The notes: a model not told the origin generated them from the sequence alone. Positions 1 through 14,900 are shown, numbered from the whole stretch's first letter. The stretch is DNA of 58,425 nucleotides, filler included, from Jimgerdemannia flammicorona (GCA_003990765.1; 2 parts of 2 records of this genome joined end to end with filler, not necessarily neighbours in it), one strand, 5' to 3'. Numbers and translations are program-made.

Positions 1-1262
1 CTGAATTGACTGACTTTATTTCAGAGGAAATAAGAGAGGTATTTATACAAAATATAATTCAATGGTTGCTAAGATATAAAGCTAAATATAAATTCCAATA
101 ACTAAAACTACTAAGTTCCAGGGCTGGCATTATTTAGTGTCACATCAAAATACCAGTGCTGGAATAATTTTGCATCACCTCAGAATGCTGGTGCTGGCAT
201 TATCCAGTGTAACAAAGAACTTAGAGCAGAAAGTTCAGGATTATGGGGGCTTCATCATCATCACTGAAGAAGATAAGATCCACGAATTTGTTATTTTTGT
301 ATGCTTGAATGTCATGCGGGATGATGTCATCGATGACATCATCACATTCGGCTGTGGTGGGGAAATCAGGGACAAGGTCTGGAGCTGTCCAGTCTATGAG
401 GTTCTCTTCCACAAAATAAGGAACAAATGTGGGGTCTTGGGGAGATCTAACCCAGATGCTTGGGCCTTGGAATACTGAGATCAATCCTTGCAGGAATTGA
501 TCTGGGTTGTCCTGAAGGATAGGGTGCCAGAAGTCTTTTACTTCTTCACTGTTGAGGGTGATAGTGGACTGGGCTTCTGTAGCTACCCTGGCTTCTAGTG
601 CATTGATATGGTAGAATGATAGGTCTCTGAAATCTGAGACTCTAACATACTCTAAGTTGGGGATCGACCATGGTGCATGCCTGAAGATCTGATGGATCTT
701 CCTAGCTGTTCTTGTTTCGTGTATATCTATGGGAGTGGCATCTTGTAGCTCTTGGGTGCTGGCCTGTGGGAACTCCCAGCAGAGGAGGTTTCCTATTTCA
801 TACTCCTGCCACATTTGGAGGCATTCGGTAGCAATGGTGATCCTTGATCCATTTCATGGTAGTAGAGGATAAAGTGATAAGGGTCTGCAATACCCAGGTT
901 GACACTAGGAGTCCTTCTTGAGCAGGTCCTCATGGCTCTTCTGATGTCTTGGAACATCCTTTCCTTGACCAAGATACCTTGGTGATTCCTTGACCTTGAG
1001 GTTTGGCAGGCAGCAGGCATTTTGTTTGTAGTAAGTCTTTGAGCTATTTTGGGATTGGTGGTTCTTGTTGGTTGCTGCTACTGCAGTTCCTTGATCCTTC
1101 TTTTATATTCTTCAAGATGCTCATGCTGTGATCACAATGACTCACAGTTGGTCATCATTGCTCATCTCATATGCCATATGATCTTCTTGTGCTCTGATCT
1201 GGTGGCTTATAAGAAAAGGCTATCTCCTGTGCTGATGTCATCATTCTGGGGTCACCATTATA
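1..1262 (-). mobile_element. Gypsy family-A LTR, truncated by the window edge
   Basis: The reverse complement begins TATAATGGTGACCCCAGAATG at 1262 and is colinear with the LTRs at 40250-41833, 47533-49104 and 23403-24890. Confidence 0.9.
221..1020 (-). pseudogene. LTR-encoded protein of unknown function (family A), split by a 1-nt deletion
   Basis: ORFs 793-1020 and 221-814 join into one frame if GGATCAAGG is restored to GGAAACAAGG as in the solo-LTR copy. The equivalent spans 40490-41341 and 47776-48612 are exact multiples of 3. Confidence 0.75.
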
Positions 1263-3294
1263 GTATCTATAATTTATTCACCAAGCTACTTCAGATCATT
1301 CTTTTAAGGCTTAATTTACTGATATATCCTAAGTATTGATATAATATATTAAATATATCAGATATAGTTATTATATATGTGAAGGCTTTTACACTATTCC
1401 TATTCAGAATATTATTGATCATATAAAGATTGCTATATTTCGAGACTATTGTTAGCTCATTATGATCTAAATCATATATAGTTATGCTCTTTGAATATAT
1501 GTATATGTATTCCTTTATTGCTATAAAAAATCATCTTGTTTATTGAAAAGAGGTTTTTACTGATTTCTGAAGTATATAGTATATCCAGGAAGATATTAGT
1601 GAGTTTTACAATATTGCCATAGAAGTGTATCTCTATATTTTCCTTTCTTTGAGTATAGATGATATTGTTATCTCCTAGTTTGATAGATATAAGATACTAA
1701 AAGACTCATATATAGAGAACTATTTTCTGTATGGTATCATATTTATATAGCTTCAGAATCTATGAGCTAGATATAATTTTCATTGACTATATTTACAGTA
1801 AATTCATCAGATATAGAGCTAGGAGTACTGCTCACTTTGTTGGTGTTTTTGCTGCTAACAGTATTGACATTATTACTACTTTTTATTAGCTCAAAAGTAT
1901 TTTACCAATCAGAGTTTATAGATAATGAGTTGGTACATTTGGTAGTAAAAATACTGTCATCTATATATATTGCTTGTATGAAAAATATATCACTATTATC
2001 ATTTGTTTTAGCAGTATTTATATTATCATACTTCTCTTTGTCTCAATAGTTCTCTCTACTACTCTCATATTATTAATACCGGCTCCTATATTATCATTTT
2101 TTATTACTCTTCTTATCATATTCCCAGTAATAGCAATTGTGCTTCCTGTATCCATACTTACTACAGTATTTATAGTGAGTGGACTAGTTATTATATTAAT
2201 TTTGAGTTTGGATTTTTTGGTCTTATTTTGTCTGCACTTTTGATCTCATTTGGCACTATATCTGTAAGATCTATAGAAGGTATTTTTATCATCATCACTA
2301 CTATTTCCTTTGTGTATTTCCTCAATTATGAGGCTTGTTATCATATGGGTATACATAGTCCAAGAGTCTGTCACTCATATATATGGCTGTGAAAATAATA
2401 TTATATATCTGGAAGTTCTCTTGTAAGTGCTATAATCTTATCATTATTGTTAATATAATCTGAGGAAATTCATTTGAGTCATCAGATTATTAATATAACT
2501 GATATATTTATAGATACTTTTCTTAGGTTTTATTTATATATTAAATAGCTAAGATTTCAGAAATAATCAATTTGTTATATAAGCTTATATGTATATGATA
2601 ATTATATAGAGTTTTCCATACTGTTATAAAAGAAAGAGAAAGAGAGACACTTTATTGAAGTTACATAGGTTGCATATTTTATATATTACTGATGAATAAT
2701 ATAAATCTGATGAAATAGCATAATCATATATTGACATATTGAGTTATTATCCCAATATATATCTTATAAGCTATTATTACATATATTACAGGCTTTATTT
2801 GTAAATTTGATAATATAAATATGATCTTATATAATGCTCAGTAATTATTTATAGTATTATAATCTTGAATCAGTATTTGTAGCTTCATATACTCTACCAA
2901 GCCATATTTTTCAAGAAGATTCATCATATTAAATATCCAGATTATATAATCTTTCTTATTAAAGATCAGAATAGATCTCTTTGCTGTGTTTATACCTATA
3001 GCTAGGACTGTATTTCCTATATTTATTGAAGTTATATCTATAGAAATGCTCATAATTAATATATCTATATTACTAGACTAATTGTCTGATATTTCTAATA
3101 TAGTATATATTAAAGAGGTATTAATATTTACTATAGCCACTTAGTACTAGTAGAGCTCATAATCTTTATTATAAAAGAGAGGTGATTTTATTAAAGTTAT
3201 ATAGATTGCCTATTTCACACATTACTAAAAAAATAATGTAAAATTAATAAAATAGCATAATTATATATTAATATATTGAGTTGCTATCTCAATA
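1263..3294 (-). mobile_element. Degenerate Ty1/copia 5' half (LTR, gag, protease, pre-integrase)
   Basis: 128-bp LTR at 3167-3294 followed by a GATTATGAGC PBS-like motif. The gag N-terminus reads FNKKDYIIWIFNMMNLLEKYGL (2838-3053). Decayed W-x-I-D-S protease and NLFS motifs lie at about 1780-1540. Confidence 0.7.
2622..2757 (-). mobile_element. Copia solo LTR nested in copia gag
   Basis: Matches the LTRs at 3167-3294 and 33169-33296. Flanks CATAC/TATAT fit a 5-bp TSD with two C>T changes. Confidence 0.65.
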
Positions 3295-3476
3295 ATTACC
3301 ATAGTAAGTATAGATATATATAAAATAATTACTATTATAAGGATAAGAAGAATGATAAAAATAAGTATAGAAGTCAGTATTGATAATATGGGAGCAGTGG
3401 AAAGGATGTGATAGCAAGGTATTATATAATATAAATATCTTTAAAACTGATAATAATTATGATATATTTTTTATAT

Positions 3477-3958
3477 TATGATGGTTGATCTGAATTAGAA
3501 ATATGAATCAGGAGAATTAGACATTTGATCATAGTATCTGAACCTAATTCCTGATATAGTATAGTCTTACAAATAGCAGTCATTATTATTTCACAACTGT
3601 TAATCTCTTTGCAGATGTTAAGATTTCACAAATATTGAAGATTTTGCAGATGTTGAAGATTTTGCAGATATTGAAGATTCAATACTTGCAAAAAGTGACT
3701 CATAGGAAATATTGTCATAACTTAGCCACCTCATAGCTAGCAAACTTGTATAAATAACTCAGTATCTTAGAGTAAATAAACCTCAGATTAAAATAGTTTA
3801 AAGCAAAGAGAAAGTAAAGGAACTACTAAGCCTGTAGGCAGATATACTTCAAACTCACTCCCCTATATTCTGAGGACTCTGTGAGAGTCAGAACAAGTCA
3901 AGTTTTCAAGATATAGAAATCTGCTATACTTCTGAGGTTAGACATCCACTATGTTACA
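3477..3958 (+). repeat. 5' LTR of gypsy B
   Basis: Direct repeat of 21692-22190. Ends GTTACA before the PBS and contains TATAAATA, AATAAA and 18-bp GATATTGAAGATTTTGCA repeats. Confidence 0.9.
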
Positions 3959-5190
3959 ATTTGGTGCCCATTGGCTGGTGATTCAAGATGAATTCCTCAC
4001 TTTTAAGCTGAACAATGAACAACTGCTACCACCTAAATAACCACACAAATTGAACCAAGACATTCAGACAAGATGGATATAAGACCATCAGTATTCTATA
4101 GATATATCTCAGATGAATCAATCATTATCTTTTTGATGATTTCAAGCAGTATACTGCTGTAAGAATGCTGACAGCAATACAGCAAGTAGCCCTTCTGCCC
4201 TATAGTCTCTAAGGACCAGCAAGAGCAGCATTCACAGCTACAACCTATTTGGAAAATGGTACTAACAGCACAGAAGGTCTGGCTTTGAGCTATCTACTAT
4301 ATAGATGAGATCAAGCAAGCCCTGAAGGATCAGCTCAATACAACTTACCAAGGAATGAGTGAGGATCCAAACACATTCTACACCAGAATCTGATATCAGA
4401 TAATTCTTACAAATTATGCTGCCATTATCTGAGATCAAGTAGCTGAGACAATCTTTATAAAAGGAGTTCACCCAGAAATAGCCCTAGCTATCTGCTCATC
4501 ACTAATAGTCCTGGATCTATCACAAAAAGTCACCTATGCCCAGTGATACTGGATTGCCAGACACTCTCAAGACCATATAATAGAAAGGGTCACCAGAGTT
4601 ATAATCAAGGCACCCAAGGCAACTAGTGTTATCTCTACTACAGTGATCAATCAAAATGTACCTCAGCTAAGAGCTACTGAGCAGCAGAGGAATAGTGACC
4701 CTATAGAGGAACTTGTCAAGAAGTTCACTGAAATGACAGCTCACTTAGGAGATATAGTAAAGGAAATTAAAGGAAGAGATGGCTGCCCAGTTTAGAAATT
4801 TGCTGCCAACTTGGACAAGAAGAGAAGAACCTACTATACTTATAGAGAAGAAGGCTACTACTCATATGAATGTATGAGTGAAACCAAGTACAAGATCCAG
4901 CCAAGCAATGCTACTCAAAATAAGGAATAGGCTAACATTATCACCTTCAAAGAGATTGGAGAATCAGATAAAGAAGAATGGAAAGTCTACCCTATCAAGA
5001 CCATTAAGAAAGAAATCCACAAACAACCCTACAAGAGATCATCAGGGAGACCCAAGAAGAACCCTGTGGAAAAGCAGATGGAGACTGCTACAGAAAGTCA
5101 AGGTGAAGAAACAGATCAAGATTGGAGCTAGAATAGGCTGTCCAAGATATCATTCAAGGAACTACTCCAGCCAGTGAAGAAGAAAAGAAG

Positions 5191-8100
5191 ATATCTATCT
5201 CTGCCAACATTCATGTCACACAAACTTTGAAACATATTTTGAATCATTTATTAGAGAAAGATACTAAGGACATGGCTACAAACCAGTGAGCTGATACATG
5301 TACTGAGTCAGGGGGACCTGGGGCCTTCGACTAGCAACATGTTAGAAGAGAGTATAGACTAGAGATGGGCTCTTTTGGAGGTATGAAGGAGGGAGAGAGC
5401 TCTGGAGAGCAACTGGGGTCTAGTGGAAGTGGGGGAGGTTCTGGGCCCCTGAGTTTTGCAGACAAGGTGAAGGGGAGTGGATGGCCAGTGGGTGCTTGAG
5501 CTAGTGGAGCTGGGGGGAAGGACAAGACTAGCTGGGGAAGAGCAGGAGGCTCTTTACAGAGAGGAGCTAGTATAGGGGCAGGAGGGGCTGTGGCTGGGGA
5601 CAGTAAAGTAACTGCTGATGGGAGTGTGATAGTGGATCAGAAAGCAAAAAGAGATGTAACTATTGATGGTAGTACTATGCAGGGAGTCCAACAGGAGCAA
5701 GGGGATCTGACTGATGGTATAATAGACCTGGTGGTGGCCCTGTTACTCAAGAAGTCCATCTCAGAGTTTTCAGTCATGCTGTGCTTCTGGGGCTTAGTAG
5801 TAATGACAAGGATAGTTCTGGGCTAATCTTGAAGCAGATGGCTGGAGCAGTCTCAGTGAAGTTTCTGAAGGGGCTTGAGGGAATAGAGGTGGGCTTTGAG
5901 GAGACTGCTCCCTTGGAGGAGGTAATCAAGTCAGGGCTAACTGTAGGAGAGATCAGGATTCCAATAATGTATTATTGAGATATGACCCCAGAGTGGTGTA
6001 GTTACTGGTGAAGAGAGTACCTATAGTGATGATGGTTAAGATGAGGAAGAGAGTGGAGGAAGTTATAGCAGAGTTTGATTAGGTGGTGGATATTGGCTTC
6101 CAGGTCTAGGAGGAGACCTCACTCAGAATAGAAGATGTAGATGTCAGGCTCAGGTTGGCTGGAAGGGAGACTATAGAGAAGCTGAGGGACTGGCCCTTAG
6201 TATTGATGAGGGGGGCATTTATCTGCAAGGTGATGAGAGTGAAAGGGAGTATAGAGGAGGAGGAGGATCTGGTGGAGGAACTGAAGAAGCTAAGTAGTGC
6301 AGTGGACCACTGGGCCAAGGCATGGCAGGCATATGTGGATTCAATACACTTAGAGGTGGTGGATGGAAAGTGTATTCAGGTAGACAAGAGGATGTAGAAG
6401 AGGGCTCAGAAGTATAAGAGACAGAGAGAGCTATTGGTGAGCATGAAGAAGAAGGAGAAAGAGAAGACAAGCTTGGAAGGAGAGGCTGGGGGAGTAAAGG
6501 AGAGCATCTGGGCTATAGTGGGGATTGGGTAGATACTGAAGTTGAGAAGCAGGGACCAGGAGGAGAGAGATTAGGCACTCTATGATAATGGTATACTGGA
6601 GGTATGAGAGGAGAGCAAAGACACCAAAAGGAGGGCTCAGGCCATCTGGCCAGTGGCTGGTGAGGATGTGGAGATGTTGGGGACTTGCCACATTCGATTT
6701 GGTATACCTGAGATAGTAAGTGGGGGGTAGGTGATTGGGGTTGGGAAGGAGGAGCTGGTGGATATCTCTGAGGAGTGGGATAAGTCTGCAATTATAGAGG
6801 CAGACACTATGATGCTTGGAGCTAGCTGGCTGGCAATACCTGGGGGCAAGGAGATTGGGGACTTACAGTGACTGTGCCAAATAATGAACAACTTGGTGGC
6901 TAAGAAGTTGGGAGAGGTAGACTTGAGAGTCATCAGTGAGGAGCACTGGACAAGAATTCTACAGAGTGATGGTATGGTAGAGTTTCTGGTGAAAGAGGTG
7001 TTAGCAGTGTATTTGGATGAGGAGGGCTATGTGGTGGATGTTGAGAGGGAGGCAGAGATAGCTATGGCTACTAGAGAGTATGCAGTTTTCTGGTGGGAGC
7101 AGAGAAGTGGGTTGGAGATTTGGCAAGGGGCTTGTTTAGAGTATCAGGAGGAGATGGAGTTGAAGAATGATGCAGAGATAGATGAGCTTTTGGGTAGACT
7201 GGAAGCTAAGCCAGTTGAGGGAGCAGAAGCTGCTATTGAGCTTAGATTGAACTTGACTAGAGAGAAAGTAAGTATGGAGGATGGATCTACTTTAATATTA
7301 TTCCTTATGAACAGTACAACTAACATTTTCTTGTTGAATATGAATGGCCTGAGGGATGCTGGGAGACAAAAATAACATTTTTACTTAGTTGAGAGGCTTA
7401 GAGGCAGATCTATTTCTACTACAGGATGTGTGATGTGAGGAGGATCTTGATCAACAGGAGTGAACAAGGAAATGGGGTGGAGTGGCAGTCTGGAATGACA
7501 AGGTTGGACTACTGGTGCAGAAAGGGTAAGGGGAAATATGTGAAAGCAGGAGCTGGGGGGATTGTATGGTTTGGAGTAAGTAGCATTGACCTGGATGAGA
7601 GTTGATTGTAATAGGATCTTGCTACTGCTCTGTGGTAAGGAGTGAGTATATGGAGTAGATTGATAGTCTCTTGGATAGTAGAGTACTTGCAGATGCTAGA
7701 GTGGAGGTGCTTGGAGGGGACTTCAATATGGTTCACTTGGTGCAGTTGGACAGGACAGATGGGGGGAGAAATATAAGGAGCAGGAGTAGTGGTCTAGAGG
7801 GGTAGGAGGAGGTGGAGCAACTTAGCTTCTTGGTGGATGCTGGATAGATGATGTGGGGAGATAGAAGGGTCTATACTCATTGGGTGGATGGCTTGGAGAC
7901 CAGAATTAACTGGGTACTGATAGCTAAATGCTGAGATCTGGACATCTGGAAGTCCCTGGAGGTTGAGTGGTATCCATGATCAGAACATTAGAGCTGGGCA
8001 GTTTGGGGGAAGTGGGGATGGGCCTGGACATTGGAACCTCAATTCCTCTTTTTTGGCTGAGAAGGAGCTTTGGGACAAATGGTCCAAGGACATTCAGCAG

Positions 8101-11031
8101 AAAGTAGAAGGTTGGGTACATAAGAGTGTCCCAGTGGGTATTCATTGGGTATAGTTGAAGGAGGCAGCTAGAACTTACTAGAGAGAAGCTACATAGCAAG
8201 GTGGTAGAGAAATAGAGGAAGAGGAGAGTGACCTGGGCTTCTGCTAGATTGGCTCAGCTTCTGGAAAATTGAGTAGAACTTTTGGCCCTGGAAGGGGTGG
8301 AGGACTGGAGGTTGAGGAGGGCAAAGCTGGAGGTTGCTGAGCTACAACAGGTGTTGAGAGAGGAGGAGGAGATGCAGGTGTGGAGTTTAGCTATGTGGTT
8401 ATGCTGGCAGAGGCTGGAGGAGGGGGAGAGGCTCTCTAAGTATCTCTCAAGGATCCTTCAGGCAAGGAGAGTGAGGCAGTGCTGGGAGGGAGTACTTGAT
8501 TCTAATGGTCTGCTGATATATAGTCTATAAGACATTTTAGACTCATTGAAGGAGAGGTGGAGTGATTTGTGGAGTAAGGAGTAGGGTGGGGCTGATGCTG
8601 CTGTCATTGATCTTGCTTTGGAGGATTGGTACTCACTACAGATAGATTGGGAAGCTTAGTGATATCAGTACAGGAGGAGGAAATTTAGCAGGTACTTGCT
8701 GCAACTATACTAGGCATGGCACCAGGAGAGGATGGTCTATTCTGGGACTTTTGGAAGAAGTTGGTGGGGGTCTAAGGAGTGCTGGAAGAGATGATGGCAA
8801 TTTGTAACTTAGTACTATAGTCAGAGAAGTGGGTGGGAGAACAGGATCTGGGGCTGGTAGTGCAGTTGTATAAGAATAAGGATAGGAGGGAGGATTGTAA
8901 GAACTGGAGACCCATTATGCTCTTGAACATAGACAGGAAGTTGGTCACTAAGGTAGTGGTAGTGAGACTGCAAAAGATAGCCCAGCAGGTCTTTGGTGAG
9001 GAGCAACAGGACTTTGTAAGGAGCCAGCTTTTTGGGGATGGCACAGCTTGGATTCATGGCATCATTGAAGGGGCTCAAGCATATGGACTAGATTAGAGAT
9101 TGGTCTTCTTAGATCAGGAGAAGGTATATGATCATGTTCAGTGGGTTTGGTTGGTAAAGATACTGGATAGAATTGGTGTCCCTCAATAGTTCTGAGTGGC
9201 AATGATCAGCCTACTGGAAGGAAGTAGAGCAGTGCTCATGTGCAATGGTCATCAGGGGGTGGCATTTCCCCTGGATAGAGTTGCTCCCCAGGGGGACCCA
9301 CTGTCTCCTATTTTGTATACTTTATCCTTAGAGCCATTGATGGACAGGATTTAGTGAAAGGTGATAGGGCTCTCAGTATTTAGAATTGTCTGGAAAGTTG
9401 GGGCCTTTGCAGATGATATAGTGGTTGGCTTAGGATCAATTACTGATGTCAAGGAATTCCAGAAAACAGTTGAGTGGTATGAGGCATACTCTGGGGCTAA
9501 ACTCAACTGGCACAAGTGTGAAACAATGGTGTTGGGTAATGGCCTGGTGGGTGGGGATGTTATTTGAACAATTGTCTCTGCTGGAGATGCTGTGAGATAC
9601 CTGGGCATTTATCTTTTAGTCTATGGGTTGGTTCTACCAAGACCTTGGTGGGAGCAGTGGGTGGCTATTTGGGGGAAGACTCTATAGAGTTGGAGAGATC
9701 ATCATATATCCTTGGCAGGGTGTGTTTCAATTCTGAATGTCTACTGGCTGCCAAAGCTGTGGTATCTGGTATATTATCTGGACTTCTCTACCTGGGTGAT
9801 GAAGAGACTATTGAAGCTGGCCAAAGGTTGGATCTGGGCTGACAGGAGGAGTCAGATTAGCTGGGAAGTCTTGTTATTACTGGTGGCTAGAAGAGACCTT
9901 GGGCTGGTGGACTTCCCAAAGAGGCTGTATTGTCTGAGAGCATGGTGGCTGAAGAGAGCTGTGGAACTGAGGGGTGGTGGCTGGGTTCCTCTGTTGAAAA
10001 AGGTCTGAGAGATGAGGTTCTTACCAAGAGGCTCTACAGGAGATCTACTGTCCTTGGTTGGCCTTCAGAATAGTGGGCACATGCAGTATAAGGGCTTCTG
10101 GTGGAGAATAGTTGATGGGGTATACCACATTGATATCTGCTAGCAAAGGGCTGAAGGAGAGATACCTTGGGGCCCAGAGATATGGAGATGAGATTGAGTA
10201 TTGCTGGGGGGTACTCCCCTAATTGACTTTGATATTGGTGATGGGGTTAAGTGCCAGAGAGGGTTGGGACAGGATGTTTGGCCTAGTGGCTGACAGATGG
10301 TGGATATTAGAGAGGAGTGAGACTGGAATGGAGCTTGGGTCTGGAGTGTAGAGGTGTGAAGATAACTGTCACCTAAGTACTGAGTGGTTTGGTTGTGTAT
10401 GCTGTAGAGGAATATTATGCTCAACTTTCATTCAGGCCATCTTGTAGAGGGGAGAAGTTTTGACTGTAAGGAGTATTATAATGTAGGTCAGGAAGAGTGG
10501 TGTGTACAGATGCCAGAATATTTGCTAAGAGAGTGTGAGGTACTTGGAGACTTCTGGCCAGTTATTGAGAATCATCTAGACATCATGCAAAGGGAGAATA
10601 GTGAGAGGGATCAGTGGAAGGATCTGAGAGATAGATTGGTGAGGGGGGTTAGCAATGAGTGGTTCACTATTGGTTGGATATTAGCTATATGGGTGGGGCT
10701 AGTGGGATATTGGCTGTTTGTTTTTGAGGAAGGAAGGTGTTTGGGTTTGGGAGAGCAGCTGTCAAGGTGGGAAGGGCTGATGGAGGACATCTTGACAGGT
10801 TGGTGGCTAGGATGGGATCTGCAGAGAGGTTGTCAGTAGTGCTTGGTGGAAAATATTTGTGGGTAGAGTGGGGGGAGGATTGAAGTAGTTGGTGGTAAGG
10901 TAGTATTTAAGCATGAGGGAGTGGGGGATGGGGGGGGCCCTTGGCAGATTGGGTAGTGAGAAGGACTACTATATTTATATTTGATAGACTGATAATAAAT
11001 GGGGAAGTCCAAGAGACTATAAAAAAAAAAA
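5191..11031 (+). mobile_element. Full-length L1-clade LINE (copy 1), degenerate
   Basis: ORF1 from about 5272. APE endonuclease (NMNGL, GGDFN, SDH-like), RT (NWRPIMLLNID, QGDPLS, FADD at about 9406), C-terminal Cys motif and polyA at 11021. 14-bp TSD AAGAAGAAAAGAAG (5177-5190) / AAGGAGAAAAGGAG (11032-11045). Confidence 0.9.
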
Positions 11032-11990
11032 AAGGAGAAAAGGAGTAAAAGCTCTACAAAACCAAGACCTTCAAGTATGACATCTTCAAGGACCTCAACC
11101 AACAAAAGGTCAATACAACCTTTGGCCAGCTGGCAGAAATACCCACATTTAGATAGCAAATGAGATATGGACTTACTGAGACAACTAAGGAGTAAGGTTG
11201 GAAGATAACAGAGGCCAACAATATTCAAGAAGACTCAGGAGAAGAGAGCAAAGACAACTGCAAGACCTCTGCCTATGCAATCTATCAGATTGCAGATAGA
11301 ATCTTTGAAGCCATTATTGACACAGGAGCAGGAGGATATCTCCTCAGCAAGAAAGCAGCAGACTGCCTAGGTTGGGAAGTTGAAGAAGTAATCTAATTAG
11401 TATTTGTCACAGCAGATGGCATAAGAGCCACACCTCTGGAAAAGATCTGAGATGTTCCCATCAAGTTTGGGAGAGCAACTATTCCAGTAGATGTGATTAT
11501 GACCAATACCACCAACTATGACATCCTTATTGGCAATCAGTGGCTTTATAAAGCTAAGGCAATAATTGATCTGAATCCTCAGAAGATGCAGATCATCTAC
11601 TGAGGCCAGAAGATGTGAATTCTGATTAATGTCAACAAAGGAGTACTGCCTGAGATGGAGGAAGAAGAAAGTGGGCAAGAAGAAGCCTATATGGTGACTA
11701 CTCAGAAAAAGAAGAAGAAAGTCGGATAAATTAGTGAAAAAGAATAATGTAAGATGTTCACAGAAGGATATACACTACAAGGAGTCTGCCCCCATGTAAT
11801 CAAAATGTACTGTGGTGAGCACATCAATAACTGCTACCAATATAGCATCAGTCTCAGAAAAATATATCAGGAAAGAAGAAAGAAGGCTCTTGAAAAGCAG
11901 GCAAGAGAAGAGGAGGAGGAGGAAGAGGATGACAAACCACCAGCCCTCCAGGAGAACAGTGATGATGAAGAAGAAATCAAGGTCAAGATT

Positions 11991-14900
11991 GAAAAGGGCA
12001 ATTAGGACTTCTTTTGCTCGAACCACACAGAGTGAGCTAAGTTACACAAGCACCTTTCAGCGAAAGACAACACAGTTTCAAGTTTTTATTTCGAACAAAC
12101 TAGTATACATTGTGCAGCAGGAGTCTACCTATAAGGCACAACAAGTTTTGGAGAAAACCATCAAGTTTTGGCAACATGGCTAGTCAAGGTTCCTCTAGCT
12201 CTGAGTGTCTGGAGAGAAGGAGGCCTGGTCTGGGTATTCCCAAGAGCTTTACGGCTGTTGCTGGGGCTGGCATGGCTGTGAGAGGGGCTGGTGGTCAGGG
12301 GAGGGCTGGTGGAATCGAGGCTTAGCATACTGTAGTTGGAAGCAGGAGGGCTGCGGCTAGGCCCTTGGAGGTGGGGCAGGGGGGGCAGAGTGTTGACAGT
12401 GGGAGGGGTCAGGTGACAGGTCAAGTGATGGGTCTGGTGACTGGAAGGGGACAGGGGTCTGGTGGTGTAATGCTGGAGACTGGTTCTTCTGTGGCTAGGC
12501 TGGTGGCTGGGGAGAGGACTGCTGGTGGCACAGCAGCGACTGGTGAGGCAACTGCTGGTATTTCTGGGATCAAGAGGAAGGTGACCCTAGTGGCCAGAAC
12601 AGGCAAGTTGGTGGTGAGGCCATTCTTTCACAAATCAGTTTTGACATGGGCAGTTTCAGCAAACTTCCTGGGATTGGTGATGTCAGCCAGAAAGGTTCTG
12701 AGGCTGGTGGGGGAAGAAGTGGCAGGGGCTAAATCCTTGAAGTTCATCCCTTCAGCAGAGGCTGTGGAGATTGGATTTGTGGAGGAGGATGTAATGGTGA
12801 AGGTACTGGAAAAAGGAATGGTGGCAAGGGTGTCAGGATTGGGATGGCAAGGTATTTGAGATGGGACCTGAGAGCTGTTTGACTGGTGGTGGAGAGTTTG
12901 CCAACTCTGGGCAGACAGGAGACCAAGGCAATGGTGGTGGAGGTAAAGGGTGGCTATGGTGAGATGGTGCATTTCGGATTCATGTTTTGGGAGGGCACCA
13001 AATTGAGAAATAGCAACTGCGAGGTAATGCTGGGACTAGAAGACAAAGAGGTGACTGGTCTGGGATGAGATTGGTCTGAAGGAATTCAAGTTGGAGGGCA
13101 GGAGTGTAAGGTGTGGAGGAGGAAGGGGGCAGATCATGAGGAGGAAGAGTTGGCAATTGCTCTAGAGGAAAGAGAGGCTGCGAAGGAGTTGAGAAAGAGG
13201 AAGTGGGAGGAGTTTGCCAAGGATTGGGTCTGGATTCAGGCAGATGGCAAGCAGAAGTGATGGCAGAAAGGAAATTGGGAGCATCTGCAGGCAGCTCTTC
13301 AGGGGGCAGCAGTAGAAGAGAAGGTGAGAGTAGAGGCAGCTATGAACCAGATGGAAGGTGTGGAGGCAGCAGAGGTGTCTTTCTCCCAGCTGGGTAGTGT
13401 GGAGAGCTCAGCGCATGCACTGGTAAAAGGTAAATAGGCAGATAGGGAGGAGGTGGGAGAAGGAGGCTTTGAGGCAGATATTGAAGTGGTGCCAGAGATG
13501 CAGGTTGAGGACATCCATATGGCTGGGGCAGTAAATATTCATTGGGAGTGCCCTGAGGCTGGTGAGGTGGTATATCTGGAGAAGGTTGTGGAGGAGGATG
13601 AGCTGGTGGATGTGGCTTTGGACATGTTGGCAGATAGAGAACAACTGCAGGAGCTGAGCAGGACCCCAAGGCCATCAACTCCTGAGCCCCTGGTGATGAT
13701 GGTAGAGAGCTGGTACCAGGCAGTACTTGAGGAACTTGCTGAGGAAGACATCAAGAAAGTGGACATATTTCATGGATCTCAGGAGGCATGGGAGGGATTT
13801 CTCAATATTGCGATACAGGGGCCTAAGCTGGTGACAGCAATGGTTGCAGCTCTTCTGGATGATGAAGGATATGACATTGATGAGAGCAGGATGGCAGACA
13901 TAAGGAAGGTGGCAGTGGAAAGAGTGGACCTTTTCAGCAGTAGTGTAAATGATGATCAAATCTGGAGGGTGATTTGTAAAGACCAGCAAGAGATCATTAG
14001 AGGAAGGGCAGAGAAAGTGATGGCAGTCCTAGCTAAGCTTTAAACATTTCTTTGATGATGATGAACAGTTTACATATATTATCAATCAACATAAATAGGT
14101 TGCATGATGGTATTAAGAGGTGGAGACTATTTCGATGGCTTAAAGTCAGAAGATATGATATTGTTTTCCTTCAGGACATTCGGGCATATGGCAAGCAGGA
14201 CTTTGAGATGTGGGGTAAAGAATGGTATGGTAGTACAGGTTGAAACAAGCAGGTGGGTGTCCTAGTTAGTGTTGGTAAAGGTGAGCTGGTGGAGGTTGAG
14301 ATATATAGTGATAGATTGGTGTGGGGAAGGCTAAAAGGAGGGACAGGTGATGGTCTAGCAGTAGACATGGTTTATCTCCCTGCAGTTGGCAGAGAGCAAA
14401 AGCAATGGATTGAGGACTGGTGGGCTTGGGAGGGTCGGGAGGTGATAGCACTGGATATTCTGGGGGGGGATTTCAATATAGTGTATAATAGGATACTGGA
14501 CAGATCAGATGGAGGGGCAGACATATGTAGCAGTTTCCCCTGGGCTGTCTCAGTGGCTTCAGATGGAGTGTGATATGGGACTGATGGATGGCATCTGTCA
14601 GCATCAGGGAGATGAGTCAGGACCATTCACCCTGTGGTACCCAGTGGGAGACAAATTAGTTGGAATACAAATTGATTGGGTGCTGGTAGCTGAGTGTTGG
14701 AGTAATATACTGGATGTTGCTGAGGTATGTTGGTGTCCTTGGTCAGATCATTGGGGAGTAGAGGTATGTGGCAGATTTCAAGTGGCAAACAGTGGTAGTG
14801 GGCGCTGGCATCTCAATGTGGCTTTACTTAGGAGGAAGAAGGAAAGAGATCAGTTTGTGGCCATTGTGTGGTAGGAAGTAATGTGGTGGCAGAATGATGG

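Noticed and set aside
1783..2243. Hydrophobic ORFs resembling membrane or env proteins
   Set aside because: Antisense to decayed copia. The I/L/F richness follows from AT-biased decay.
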